From Bacteroidota bacterium (GTDB taxonomy: Bacteria > Bacteroidota > Bacteroidia > Bacteroidales > FEN-979), in NCBI GenBank assembly GCA_026391805.1, contig JAPLDJ010000017.1, positions 19,378-83,377 on the forward strand: a stretch of DNA of 64,000 bases, written 5' to 3'. Positions 24,758 through 33,593 of this stretch are shown here, in pieces (the stretch's first letter is position 1; each line of letters starts with the position of its first letter). A program made the position numbers and the translations under genes. The notes below the pieces were generated by a model. The model saw only the letters and a program-made list of their open reading frames with translations, was not told where the DNA came from and did no database searches.

Positions 24758-27442
24758 ATGAACATCCACAATCTTGATCCCATCTTCAATCCTAAACGGA
24801 TTGCCCTCATCGGCGTAACCACCAACCCCAACAGCGTCAGCGGTAAAGTCCTGATCAACCTTGTCAGCAGCGGTTTCCGCGGCGTGGTTTACCCTGTCAA
24901 TCCCGATCATGAAGCCGTGATGGGCATACCATGTTATCCCGATATCAAAAGCCTTCCGAAAGTTCCCGACCTTGGCATCATCTGTTCACCGGCAGAAAAG
25001 GTTCCGGGATATTTGGAAGAATGCGGCGAAAAGGGCATCCTGGGCGTGATCATTATTTCTGCCGGTTTTAAGGAGACCGGGGAGAAGGGACATAAGCTTG
25101 AAGAGTCGATCAGTACGATCAGGAAGAAATACGATGGGATGCGGATCATCGGGCCGAACTGCCTCGGGATCATCGTTCCCTCATTGCAGCTCAACGCCAG
25201 CTTTGCGGCAGCCATGCCCAAATCCGGGAACATTGCCTTCATTTCTCAATCGGGGGCCTTGTGCACTTCGGTACTTGACTGGGCCATGGAAGGGAAGATC
25301 GGGTTCAGCCAGTTTGTATCGATCGGCAACAGCATCGACGTGGAATTCGGCGATCTCATTGATTATTTCGGGGAAGATGAAAATACGAAATGCATCATTC
25401 TTTACATTGAATCGATCTCCAATGCCCGGAAATTCATGACGGCTGCACGTGCATTTGCGCGAAAAAAGCCAATCATTGTTTACAAGGCAGGAAGGTTCCC
25501 GGAATCAGCGCAGGTTGCAGCCTCACACACAGGGGCCATGGCCTCGGAAGATGCAGTATACGACGCTGCCTTCCAGCGTGCAGGACTGGCCCGGGTTTAT
25601 GAGATCGGAGATATTTTCAGCGTAGCCGAGCTGATCGGAAGAAATAAATATCCGCGGGGCCCGCGGCTGGGGATCATCACAAATGCCGGCGGACCCGGTG
25701 TGATGGCAACCGATGCCCTGGTGGCATCAAACGGTGTGCTGGCCGAACTGTCGGAAGTGACAATGGCAAAGCTCAACGAGAACCTTCCGGCTTTCTGGTC
25801 GCACGGGAACCCGGTGGATGTTCTCGGAGATGCAAGGGCAAAACGTGTTTCAAAAGCAACACAAATTGTTCTTGAAGACGAAAACGTGGATGCGGTGCTG
25901 GTGATCCTTACACCCCAGGCGATGACCAATCCGAATGCCACGGCAAAAGAGATCAGCCTCCTTGCCGCATCAACCACGAAACCCATCCTGGCTGCCTGGC
26001 TGGGTGGACAGAGCATGCATGAGGCCGACGACATCCTGGTTGAAGCAGGAATTCCCTCCTATAAAACACCCGAACAGGCCATCCGTGCCTTTATGACGAT
26101 GGTTTCTTATTCACGGAACCTGGAAATACTGTATGAAACACCCCGTGATATTCCTGTTGAGTTCAGCGTCGACCGGATTCGCCTGAGAGAGGAATTCAAA
26201 CAGATCATCGAACAGAATGAAGCCATCCTTCCGGAGGAGACCTCGAAAACCATTCTCGAATCCTACGGGATACCGACCACAAGGCCTATTATTGCTGCAA
26301 CTGACGAAGAGGCTGTCATTGCCGCAGAGCAAATCGGTTACCCGGTGGTCATGAAGATCCATTCCCCTGATATCACACATAAATCTGACGTGGGAGGTGT
26401 CATCCTGAACATTTCAGATCGTATCCAGGTGAAGAATGCATTTCTGAAAATCAGGGAATCTGTTCTTGCGCATAACTCATCTGCACGCATAACGGGTGTT
26501 ACAGTACAAAAAATGATCTCCTCAAAGGATGCCGTTGAACTCATCCTCGGGATCAAAAAAGACAACATTTTCGGAACAGTGCTGATGGTCGGCATGGGCG
26601 GCATCACGGCTGAACTGTTCAGCGATAAGGCGCTTGGATTTCCGCCCCTGAATGAAAGCCTTGCCCGCCGGATGCTCGAATCCCTGAAGATTTATCCGCT
26701 GCTCAAAGGATACCGGGGAAGCAAGCCGAAGAAGATCGATGAACTGATACAGGTACTGATAAGGTTATCGTACCTTGCTGCCGACTACCCGGAGATCGCA
26801 GAGCTTGACATCAATCCGCTGCTGGTCACATCCAAAGAGGTAATCGCGCTGGACGGAAGGATCGTTATTGATCCGGGAATAGTGCGGCAGGAGAATCATC
26901 CGTATGCCCATCTCGCCCTTCATCCGTACCCGGAAGAACTGGTTAAAGAAGTAATACTGGAAGACGGAACCCGGTTGATCCTGCGGCCCATCAAGCCTGA
27001 AGACGAACCCCTCTGGCTTTCGATGATCGGTCGCTGTACCAAAGAGAGCCTCTATTCACGGTTCAGGTATTTTTTCCACTGGGAATCGCACGAAGTGGCC
27101 ACACGGTACTGCTACATTGATTATGACAGGGAAATTGCAATTGTTGCAGAGTTGAACGATGAGGAGGGAAAGAAGCTGCTCGGAGTAGGACGTCTTATCG
27201 CCGATCCCGACCACGAGAACGTGGAATATGCGATCCTGATCGAAGATGCCTGGCAGCAAAAAGATCTCGGCAACCTGCTGACGGATTATTGTCTTAAAAT
27301 TGCCGGTACATGGAACCTGAAGCGGTTTATTGCCCAGACCACTACCGACAACAAGCGGATGATCTTCGTTTTCCGCAAGCGGGGATTTGAGGTCAGCATT
27401 AATTCGCAGGATTCCACAGTCGATGTGACGAAGGAATTATAG
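24758..27442 (+). CDS. ADP-forming acetyl-CoA synthetase-like / GNAT fusion (Pat-type protein lysine acetyltransferase)
   Basis: N-terminal CoA-binding and succinyl-CoA-synthetase-like flavodoxin domains (IALIGVTTNPNSVSGK, GPNCLGI, SQSGAL). An ATP-grasp domain follows. C-terminal GNAT domain (LRPIKPEDEPLW...RKRGFEV). Confidence 0.85.
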   Translation: MNIHNLDPIFNPKRIALIGVTTNPNSVSGKVLINLVSSGFRGVVYPVNPDHEAVMGIPCYPDIKSLPKVPDLGIICSPAEKVPGYLEECGEKGILGVIIISAGFKETGEKGHKLEESISTIRKKYDGMRIIGPNCLGIIVPSLQLNASFAAAMPKSGNIAFISQSGALCTSVLDWAMEGKIGFSQFVSIGNSIDVEFGDLIDYFGEDENTKCIILYIESISNARKFMTAARAFARKKPIIVYKAGRFPESAQVAASHTGAMASEDAVYDAAFQRAGLARVYEIGDIFSVAELIGRNKYPRGPRLGIITNAGGPGVMATDALVASNGVLAELSEVTMAKLNENLPAFWSHGNPVDVLGDARAKRVSKATQIVLEDENVDAVLVILTPQAMTNPNATAKEISLLAASTTKPILAAWLGGQSMHEADDILVEAGIPSYKTPEQAIRAFMTMVSYSRNLEILYETPRDIPVEFSVDRIRLREEFKQIIEQNEAILPEETSKTILESYGIPTTRPIIAATDEEAVIAAEQIGYPVVMKIHSPDITHKSDVGGVILNISDRIQVKNAFLKIRESVLAHNSSARITGVTVQKMISSKDAVELILGIKKDNIFGTVLMVGMGGITAELFSDKALGFPPLNESLARRMLESLKIYPLLKGYRGSKPKKIDELIQVLIRLSYLAADYPEIAELDINPLLVTSKEVIALDGRIVIDPGIVRQENHPYAHLALHPYPEELVKEVILEDGTRLILRPIKPEDEPLWLSMIGRCTKESLYSRFRYFFHWESHEVATRYCYIDYDREIAIVAELNDEEGKKLLGVGRLIADPDHENVEYAILIEDAWQQKDLGNLLTDYCLKIAGTWNLKRFIAQTTTDNKRMIFVFRKRGFEVSINSQDSTVDVTKEL

Positions 27443-27491
27443 ACAGATAATAAAACCTGCCGGATATCGTTTTTAAATAAAACTTAATTCT

Positions 27492-28037
27492 ATGAATCGA
27501 ATATTGACCGTATTGATCGTTGTTCTGATTGCATCCGTGGGTACATCCTATGCAGGCACGCATCCGAACCAGAAAAAACTGATCGGAACCTGGAAAGCCG
27601 TCAAGGTTGAAAGATATAACATGCCTAGCATGCCGGCACAGGCCTCTTCAACTGCATCACCCGCTTCAAAAGCCAAAGCCACTCCCGGCGATACAGTTTC
27701 TGCAGCCAATCAGGCTAAGAAAATGGAAGAACAGCTGGCCCGGATTATCCAGGTAGAAGAACGTTCCACCCTGACCATAAATGCCGATAAAACGGCCGTC
27801 AAGGAAGTTCCCGGAAAAACCATTCATGCAAAGTGGAAACTGAAGAACAAAGGAACCAAACTGATCGTCGATCTCCAGGAAACCGGTAAAAAAATGAACA
27901 TCGACATACTCAGGATAAATGATACAAGTATTGTGGTTGTGACAAACCTGCCGGTCGGAGGCCTGAAAGTTACCTATAAGAAGCAGAAAACCGTGGCTCC
28001 GAAAGAGACCCCAACGGAAGCGCCGAAGAAGAAATAG
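27492..28037 (+). CDS. hypothetical secreted protein (lipocalin-like beta-barrel layout)
   Basis: Signal peptide, an LIGTWKAVKVE start typical of small lipocalin-like domains, and a Ser/Ala-rich linker. Confidence 0.5.
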   Translation: MNRILTVLIVVLIASVGTSYAGTHPNQKKLIGTWKAVKVERYNMPSMPAQASSTASPASKAKATPGDTVSAANQAKKMEEQLARIIQVEERSTLTINADKTAVKEVPGKTIHAKWKLKNKGTKLIVDLQETGKKMNIDILRINDTSIVVVTNLPVGGLKVTYKKQKTVAPKETPTEAPKKK

Positions 28038-28076
28038 TTTTTAAATCCCGTGAAGGTTTTTGAATAATCGAATCAG

Positions 28077-28127
28077 CCTCATCCCCTGCACCCCTTCTCC
28101 TTCAGGAGAAGGGGACGGGGGTTGAGG
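28077..28127. repeat. GC-rich REP-like extended hairpin
   Basis: cctca-tcccc-tgca-ccccttctcc-ttca-ggagaagggg-ac-ggggg-ttgagg. It lies between convergent genes. Confidence 0.7.
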
Positions 28128-28249
28128 TGCATGCGTTAATTTTCCGGGGCTTGCCCTGGGGTTCATACCCGTGAATAACGAATTCTGATTTCAGATATGA
28201 TTTCGAAAATCGTTAATCGAATGTTCGAGTATTCCTTTTGCCGGAAGAG

Positions 28250-29187
28250 TTATTTCTGAAGTTTCTTCCCCACCTCGGTGATCATCAGTTCAACCATTTT
28301 AGGAAGATCGTACTCGCAGGTAAGTCCCCAGTCCTTGCGGGCCACGGCGTCATCGATGCAGGCAGGCCAGGAATCTGCAATGGCCTGGCGGAAATCGGGC
28401 TTGTAGGTGATCTCAAATTCAGGGATGTGTTTCTTAGCTGCTGAGGGTTAAAACAGATGCCACCCACGTTGTAGCTTGAACGCAAAGATAATGCTGAGGC
28501 ATCCGCTTCCATAAGGTCGATGGTTGCCTTGATGGCATCCGACATGAACATCATCGGAAGATCCGATTGCGGACCAAGGAAACATTCATACTTTTTCTTC
28601 CTGACAGCTTCGTAAAAAATCTCAACGGCGTAATCAGTAGTTCCGCCGCCGGCCTCGGTCTTGTAGCTGATCAGTCCGGGGTAGCGAAGACTCCGGGTAT
28701 CGACTCCATATTTCTGGTAATAGTATTCGATCCACCGCTCGCCTGCCAGCTTGCTGATGCCGTAAACGGTATTCGGTTCCATGATCGTAAACTGCGGTGT
28801 ATTGTAACGTGGTGTTGTGGGACCGAAAACAGCAATGGAACTTGGCCAGAACACTTTTTTGATCTTCAGCTCGCGGGCCAGCTCAAGGACATTGATCAGG
28901 CTCTTCATGTTGATATCCCATGATGCCAGGGGACGCTTTTCGGCATTCCCGGAGAGGATGGCTGCAAGATGGTACACCTGTGTGATCCTTTCATGTTCAA
29001 GGATAAGTTGCAGTTTTGCCGTATCCATCACATCGAGGATCTCAAACTTGCCCGTTTCAGCGATCTCTGCGGGTGCAGGACGGATATCGGTTGCGATTAC
29101 ATTTTGATCCCCATAACGGTTCCGTAATTCGAGTGTAAGTTCCGAACCGATCTGCCCGGAACAGCCAATGACGAGTATTTTTTCCAT
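28250..29187 (-). pseudogene. tdh: L-threonine 3-dehydrogenase (SDR/epimerase-type), interrupted by an apparent 1-nt deletion near 28445-28447
   Basis: N-terminus MEKILVIGCSGQIGSELTLELRNRYG. The reading frame degenerates after ...YNVGGICFNP. The adjacent frame then reads AKKHIPEFEITYKPDFRQAIADSWPACIDDAVARKDWGLTCEYDLPKMVELMITEVGKKLQK up to the stop at 28250-28252. The total length of 938 nt is not a multiple of 3. Confidence 0.8.
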
Positions 29188-29269
29188 GGAAGAAAATTTA
29201 GATATATTTTCTGTAAAAGTAGAAAGAATTTGTTATTCCGTAATGGCTGAAGCCATTCATTTTGCAGGA

Positions 29270-30814
29270 TCAGAAGGGACTCCGGACCTCCCTGACCCTC
29301 TTTTCCCAGAAAGGATTAAAACGCGCAACCGGATTTATACCTAGATACACCGATGTGCCATATTCACGCGCAAGCGGATTACTGATCTTTCCGATCAGCC
29401 GGATATCCGGGAAAAGTTGATGAACATCTTCTCCAAGCTCGTCATTGATATAAATGAGTGAACGGATCTCAACCGGCAATTTCCGGGGTGCCCAGTAATA
29501 GAAGCTCTCGGAAAAACAGACCGGATCAGGAAGCCCATATTTTTTTCCAAGGATCGTAATGGCTCCCGCCTGTCCGTAATTTTCGCAATAGATCAGGCAG
29601 GACTTTTTGTCCGGAACCTGCGAGTAAGCCTTTGCTGCGATCGCTGCAAGCTCATCCCATCCGAGCATGTCTGCATAATCCTGCGGAAGCGCATGATAAT
29701 TTCCCTTCTCATCACGAAGGATGTCGTTATAACCGGTTTTCTTTTGCACCATGGCAAATCCTTCAGCCAGTGATTTTGCCCCGGATATAGGGATCCCGGC
29801 AGGAAGGATGGGGATTGTCAAAAGGATAAGCAGGGAAGCGAGGACCACCCGCGGTGTGCGGGAATGCAGGAAATTTTCCCAGAATACAGCTCCTGCAGCC
29901 ACAAGAAAAGGATAAATACCCGCTGTGTAATAACTTTTCCCCTGTAGTATCAGAAGAATGATGACCACCAGGATGCATGAAATGACAAGCAGGCGTAAGG
30001 CTTTCAGCTTTTTCGAGAAAAGCAGGAAGGAAATTCCCGGAACAACCAGGAAAATAGCAGCAAAGAGCATAAACAGCTGGTCGGTGAGAAATGCAACCCG
30101 GTTGACGTGCACAAGCTGTGAATTTTTCAGCGCATCCATGTGCATGATCACGGGAAGGTTGTGTGCGATCTGCCAGACAATGTTTGGTAAAATGATGATG
30201 AAGGCGAGAATGACTCCTGTCCAGAAGGATTTTTTGGTGAATATTTCCCGTTTCGAAGAAAAGATAAAAACTAGAACCAGGCAGAAAAGCTGAAGGAAGA
30301 TCATGTATTTGTTCATGATCCCCAGGCCGGAAACAATCCCGAGCAGGATCAGCCAGCCGTTCTTTTTGGTATTGATCCAGCGGATGACCAGGTAAAAAAC
30401 CAGGGTCCAGAAAAAGACGTCAAACAATACCGGCTGAAACATATAAAATCCGCGCAGGTTTAAAGGGAATACAAGGATGCCGATGCCGGCCAGTATACGG
30501 GCATAGGGACCACCCTTCAGTTCCTTTGCAATTGCAGCAGCAAGGAATACCATTATCCCGCTGAAAAGTGCCGGCAGAAAACGGGCAGCAAAAAGGGTTG
30601 ATCCAAAAAGATGGATCATGCACCAGGCCATGAACCCGGTGAACGGAGGTACGGAGGCATATCCGGCGGAGAAGTGGTGCCCGAGTGAAAAATAAAGCAG
30701 TTCATCCCGGAAAAATCCGAGGGTATTGTAAAAACAAAGGTGAACTGCAACGTTTGCAAGGGCAATTAAAAGTATCCACAGGAGCGTGTAACGCTGAGGT
30801 GAGGAAGTTTTCAT
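29270..30814 (-). CDS. GT39/ArnT-like membrane glycosyltransferase
   Basis: About 12 TM helices. N-terminal loop FFRDELLYFSLG, which is the DE/PMT-ArnT-type layout. C-terminal periplasmic domain. Confidence 0.75.
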   Translation of the reverse strand: MKTSSPQRYTLLWILLIALANVAVHLCFYNTLGFFRDELLYFSLGHHFSAGYASVPPFTGFMAWCMIHLFGSTLFAARFLPALFSGIMVFLAAAIAKELKGGPYARILAGIGILVFPLNLRGFYMFQPVLFDVFFWTLVFYLVIRWINTKKNGWLILLGIVSGLGIMNKYMIFLQLFCLVLVFIFSSKREIFTKKSFWTGVILAFIIILPNIVWQIAHNLPVIMHMDALKNSQLVHVNRVAFLTDQLFMLFAAIFLVVPGISFLLFSKKLKALRLLVISCILVVIILLILQGKSYYTAGIYPFLVAAGAVFWENFLHSRTPRVVLASLLILLTIPILPAGIPISGAKSLAEGFAMVQKKTGYNDILRDEKGNYHALPQDYADMLGWDELAAIAAKAYSQVPDKKSCLIYCENYGQAGAITILGKKYGLPDPVCFSESFYYWAPRKLPVEIRSLIYINDELGEDVHQLFPDIRLIGKISNPLAREYGTSVYLGINPVARFNPFWEKRVREVRSPF

Positions 30815-30859
30815 AACCGACCGTATTTCCAGGAATGCAGAAACATCCTGCAATCCGTG

Positions 30860-31207
30860 TTATTCCCTGACAAAATGCGGCATGTCGAAGGGGATCTCCA
30901 GCGACAGTTCCACCAACCCGCCGAATTCTTCTCCCCTGTACCATGGCGCCTGGTAGATCAGCTTCTTTTTCCCTTTTTTCTCGATGGTATAAACGTTCTT
31001 TTCCCGGGTGGTCATGATCTCCCGGATCTTTTCATTGGAATAATCCTGGTGGCAGTCTTTGAGGTTCTTTCCGATCAGTTCCCGTCCGCCGTACTTCTCA
31101 AAATTGGTCACGGCTTTTTCATTCAGGTAGATGATCGTTCCCTCCGGATCGCTGACGATCACGGCGCCATCGAGTTTTTCAAAGTAGTCCATCATGTAAG
31201 GTTTCAT
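30860..31207 (-). CDS. stand-alone PAS domain protein
   Basis: 115 aa from the first ATG. The DGAVIVSDPEGTIIYLNEKA...NLKDCH pattern is a PAS pattern. The upstream TTG extension runs into the repeat element. Confidence 0.65.
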   Translation of the reverse strand: MKPYMMDYFEKLDGAVIVSDPEGTIIYLNEKAVTNFEKYGGRELIGKNLKDCHQDYSNEKIREIMTTREKNVYTIEKKGKKKLIYQAPWYRGEEFGGLVELSLEIPFDMPHFVRE

Positions 31208-31216
31208 TAATTTAAT

Positions 31217-31320
31217 TTCACGCAAAGAGCGCAAAGTTATCGCAAAGGTCGCAAAGATGAATTAACGAAAAAACTATTCTTGGCGTTCTTTGCGAAATTC
31301 CTTTGCGCACTTTGCGTGAA
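31217..31320. repeat. 104-bp imperfect palindrome of GCAAAG words
   Basis: The left arm is ttcacgcaaag-agcgcaaag-ttatcgcaaagg-tcgcaaaga. The reverse complement of the right arm is ttcacgcaaag-tgcgcaaagg-aatttcgcaaag-aacgccaaga. Confidence 0.85.
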
Positions 31321-31327
31321 AAACAGT

Positions 31328-31382
31328 ATAAAAAAGACTTCCTGCAGATTCCCGGTGTTTCCACCGTTCTGCAGGAAGTCTT
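31328..31382 (-). terminator. rho-independent terminator of 31407..31724
   Basis: 15-bp perfect stem aagacttcctgcaga/tctgcaggaagtctt. On the minus strand it is followed by tttttt. Confidence 0.75.
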
Positions 31383-31406
31383 CCTAAATAAAAAATAGCC
31401 GAATCC

Positions 31407-31724
31407 TTATTTTTTTAGAGGCTCAGCTTTTTTTTCAGCTGGCTTAGCAGGTTCTGCTTTCTTTGCAGGTTCAGCCTTCTTGGGCTCTTCCTTCTTAGCA
31501 GGTTCAGCCTTCTTTTCATGCGGCTTAGCAGGCTCAGCTTTCTTTTCTGTTGGTTTTGCAGGCTCAGTCTTCTTTTCAGCCGGTTTTGCAGTTTCTTTCG
31601 CTGCCGGTTGTGTGGTCTTTACTTCTTTCTTTTCAGTTTTGGTATCCTTTTTTGCAGGTTCCTGGGCAAACAATACTGCTGAACCAAATAAAGCAACAAG
31701 GATTAATGCCAATGCTTTTTTCAT
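31407..31724 (-). CDS. secreted low-complexity K/E/P/A-repeat protein
   Basis: Signal peptide MKKALALILVALFGSAVLFAQ. It is followed by iterations of EKKAEPAKP-like units. Confidence 0.6.
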   Translation of the reverse strand: MKKALALILVALFGSAVLFAQEPAKKDTKTEKKEVKTTQPAAKETAKPAEKKTEPAKPTEKKAEPAKPHEKKAEPAKKEEPKKAEPAKKAEPAKPAEKKAEPLKK

Positions 31725-31904
31725 AGTTTTGTTTTTTTTAATTTTGAGATGATGTTAATTATGATTTGCGTGCAAAGTTGAAACCGAAACCTAAAGAAAT
31801 TCTGTAGTTCTGAACTTTTTTTCGATCCGGAGAATTTTTTTCCGTTACACGTTACACATGATTCGTAATTTTATTGTTCATCTATGGCGATATCGCGGTT
31901 CATC

Positions 31905-31981
31905 ACCACAGATTTGCACAGATTTTTCACAGATTAGATTTGGTCACTTTGTTACTCTGTGACTTTGTCACTTTGTCACTT
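31905..31981. repeat. tandem words (cacagatt x3, gtcactttgt x4)
   Basis: The sequence is caccacagatttgcacagatttttcacagatt...ggtcactttgttactctgtgactttgtcactttgtcact. The same word families occur at 7424-7460 and 8961-8996. Confidence 0.85.
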
Positions 31982-32046
31982 ATCATCACTGCACCATGAA
32001 TTTATTTCCCAATTATTGCTACTTTTACTCTCCGAATCCAACCGTC

Positions 32047-33528
32047 ATGGAATCCACCCTTTACCTATATAATACCCTGAGCCGGACAAAAGAACTCTTT
32101 CTGCCCATCAGACCTCCATTTGTCGGCATGTATGTTTGCGGGCCGACTGTTTACGGGGATCCGCACCTGGGCCATGCGCGGCCGGCCATTACCTTCGACC
32201 TGGTTTTCCGTTACCTGCAACACCTTGGATACAAGGTCCGGTATGTCCGCAATATCACGGATGTGGGGCATCTTGAAAATGATGAGGACGAAGGGGAAGA
32301 TAAGATCGCCAAAAAAGCCAGGGTGGAACAGCTCGAGCCGATGGAAGTGGCCCAGTATTATTCCGACCGCTATTTCCTGTTCATGGATGCACTGAATGTA
32401 CAACGCCCAAGTATTGAGCCAAGGGCTTCGGGACACATCATCGAGCAGATTGACATGATAAAAAAGATCCTGGAGGCAGGATATGCTTATGAGGTGAATG
32501 GTTCCGTTTATTTCGACGTCCTTAAATACAATGAAAAGTTCAATTACGGGAGACTTTCCGGAAGGGTTCTTGAAGACCTGATCTCCAATACCCGCGTCCT
32601 GGAAGGACAAGATGAGAAAAGAAATCCGTCTGATTTTGCCCTGTGGAAAAAAGCCCAGCCGGAACACATCATGCGCTGGCCCTCCCCGTGGAGTGATGGT
32701 TTCCCCGGCTGGCACCTTGAATGTTCTGCCATGGGTAAAAAATACCTCGGCGAGCATTTCGATATCCACGGTGGCGGCATGGATCTTCTCTTCCCGCACC
32801 ATGAATCGGAAATTGCACAGTCGCGCATCGCCAACGGTTCCGATTCGGTCAAATACTGGATGCACAACAACATGATCACCATCAACGGGCAGAAGATGGG
32901 GAAATCGCTGGGTAATTTTATTACGCTGGAGGAATTCTTTACAGGAAAACATCCCGGTCTTGCCCAGGCTTACAGCCCGATGACCATCCGGTTCTTTATC
33001 CTGCAGGCTCATTACCGCAGCACCCTCGACTTCTCCAACGAAGCCTTGCAGGCGGCAGAAAAAGGTTTGAAAAAACTGATGACCGGAATTGAGACGTTGC
33101 AAACACTTTCTCCAACGGGTTCCGGCGATAAAGCGTCTTCAGTCAACATTCAGAAACTTGCTGCTGATTGTTACGATGTGATGAACGACGATTTTAACAG
33201 CCCGATGCTGATCGCAAACCTCTTCGAAGGTGTCAGGATCATCAATCTTTTAAAAGAAAATAAAGAAACCATCAACAGCCCTGATCTTGAATTGCTGAAA
33301 CAAACTTTTAACACTTTTGTTTTCGATATCCTTGGATTGAAAGAAGAAAAAGCCGGCGGGCAGGATGAAATCATGTCCGGGCTTATGGATCTTATCCTTG
33401 AATTAAGGAAAGACTCACGGCAGAAAAAGGATTTCTCCACTTCCGACAGAATTCGCGACGCATTGCAAAAGCTGAATGTTTCGGTGAAGGACACGAAAGA
33501 TGGTGCAACGTGGGAAATAGCGAATTAG
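32047..33528 (+). CDS. cysS: cysteine--tRNA ligase
   Basis: HIGH-type motif HLGHARP, KMSKS-type motif KMGKSLGN, and zinc-site residues (CGPTVY, HLECSAM). The start is set at [13 protein letters not shown]. Confidence 0.93.
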   Translation: MESTLYLYNTLSRTKELFLPIRPPFVGMYVCGPTVYGDPHLGHARPAITFDLVFRYLQHLGYKVRYVRNITDVGHLENDEDEGEDKIAKKARVEQLEPMEVAQYYSDRYFLFMDALNVQRPSIEPRASGHIIEQIDMIKKILEAGYAYEVNGSVYFDVLKYNEKFNYGRLSGRVLEDLISNTRVLEGQDEKRNPSDFALWKKAQPEHIMRWPSPWSDGFPGWHLECSAMGKKYLGEHFDIHGGGMDLLFPHHESEIAQSRIANGSDSVKYWMHNNMITINGQKMGKSLGNFITLEEFFTGKHPGLAQAYSPMTIRFFILQAHYRSTLDFSNEALQAAEKGLKKLMTGIETLQTLSPTGSGDKASSVNIQKLAADCYDVMNDDFNSPMLIANLFEGVRIINLLKENKETINSPDLELLKQTFNTFVFDILGLKEEKAGGQDEIMSGLMDLILELRKDSRQKKDFSTSDRIRDALQKLNVSVKDTKDGATWEIAN

Positions 33529-33593
33529 CGAAAAGCGCTTAGCGCTTAGCGCCTGGCGCCGAACGAAAAATAACAATTAATAACAATAATCTT

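Noticed and set aside
24663-24758. N-terminal extensions of several track ORFs: the porin to 24758, tyrS to 38907, cysS from 31996, the ABC ATPase to 52829, the SDR from 45781, the thioredoxin-like protein from 22025, and the Pat fusion from 24728.
   Set aside because: The extensions cross predicted -7 boxes or neighbouring genes, lack homology-like sequence, and are followed by internal starts. Those internal starts give canonical N-termini or signal peptides.
28238-28444. A 68-aa plus-strand ORF at the 3' end of tdh.
   Set aside because: It is the antisense shadow of the displaced tdh C-terminal segment. The real signal here is the tdh frameshift.
31480-31752. A 90-aa plus-strand ORF (GSAFFS repeats) opposite the K/E/P/A-repeat gene.
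   Set aside because: It is the antisense reading of the same DNA repeat. The minus-strand ORF has a proper signal peptide and terminator, and the plus-strand ORF has neither.
32065-33102. A 345-aa ORF antisense to cysS.
   Set aside because: It is a shadow ORF. The cysS identity on the plus strand is unambiguous (HIGH and KMSKS motifs).
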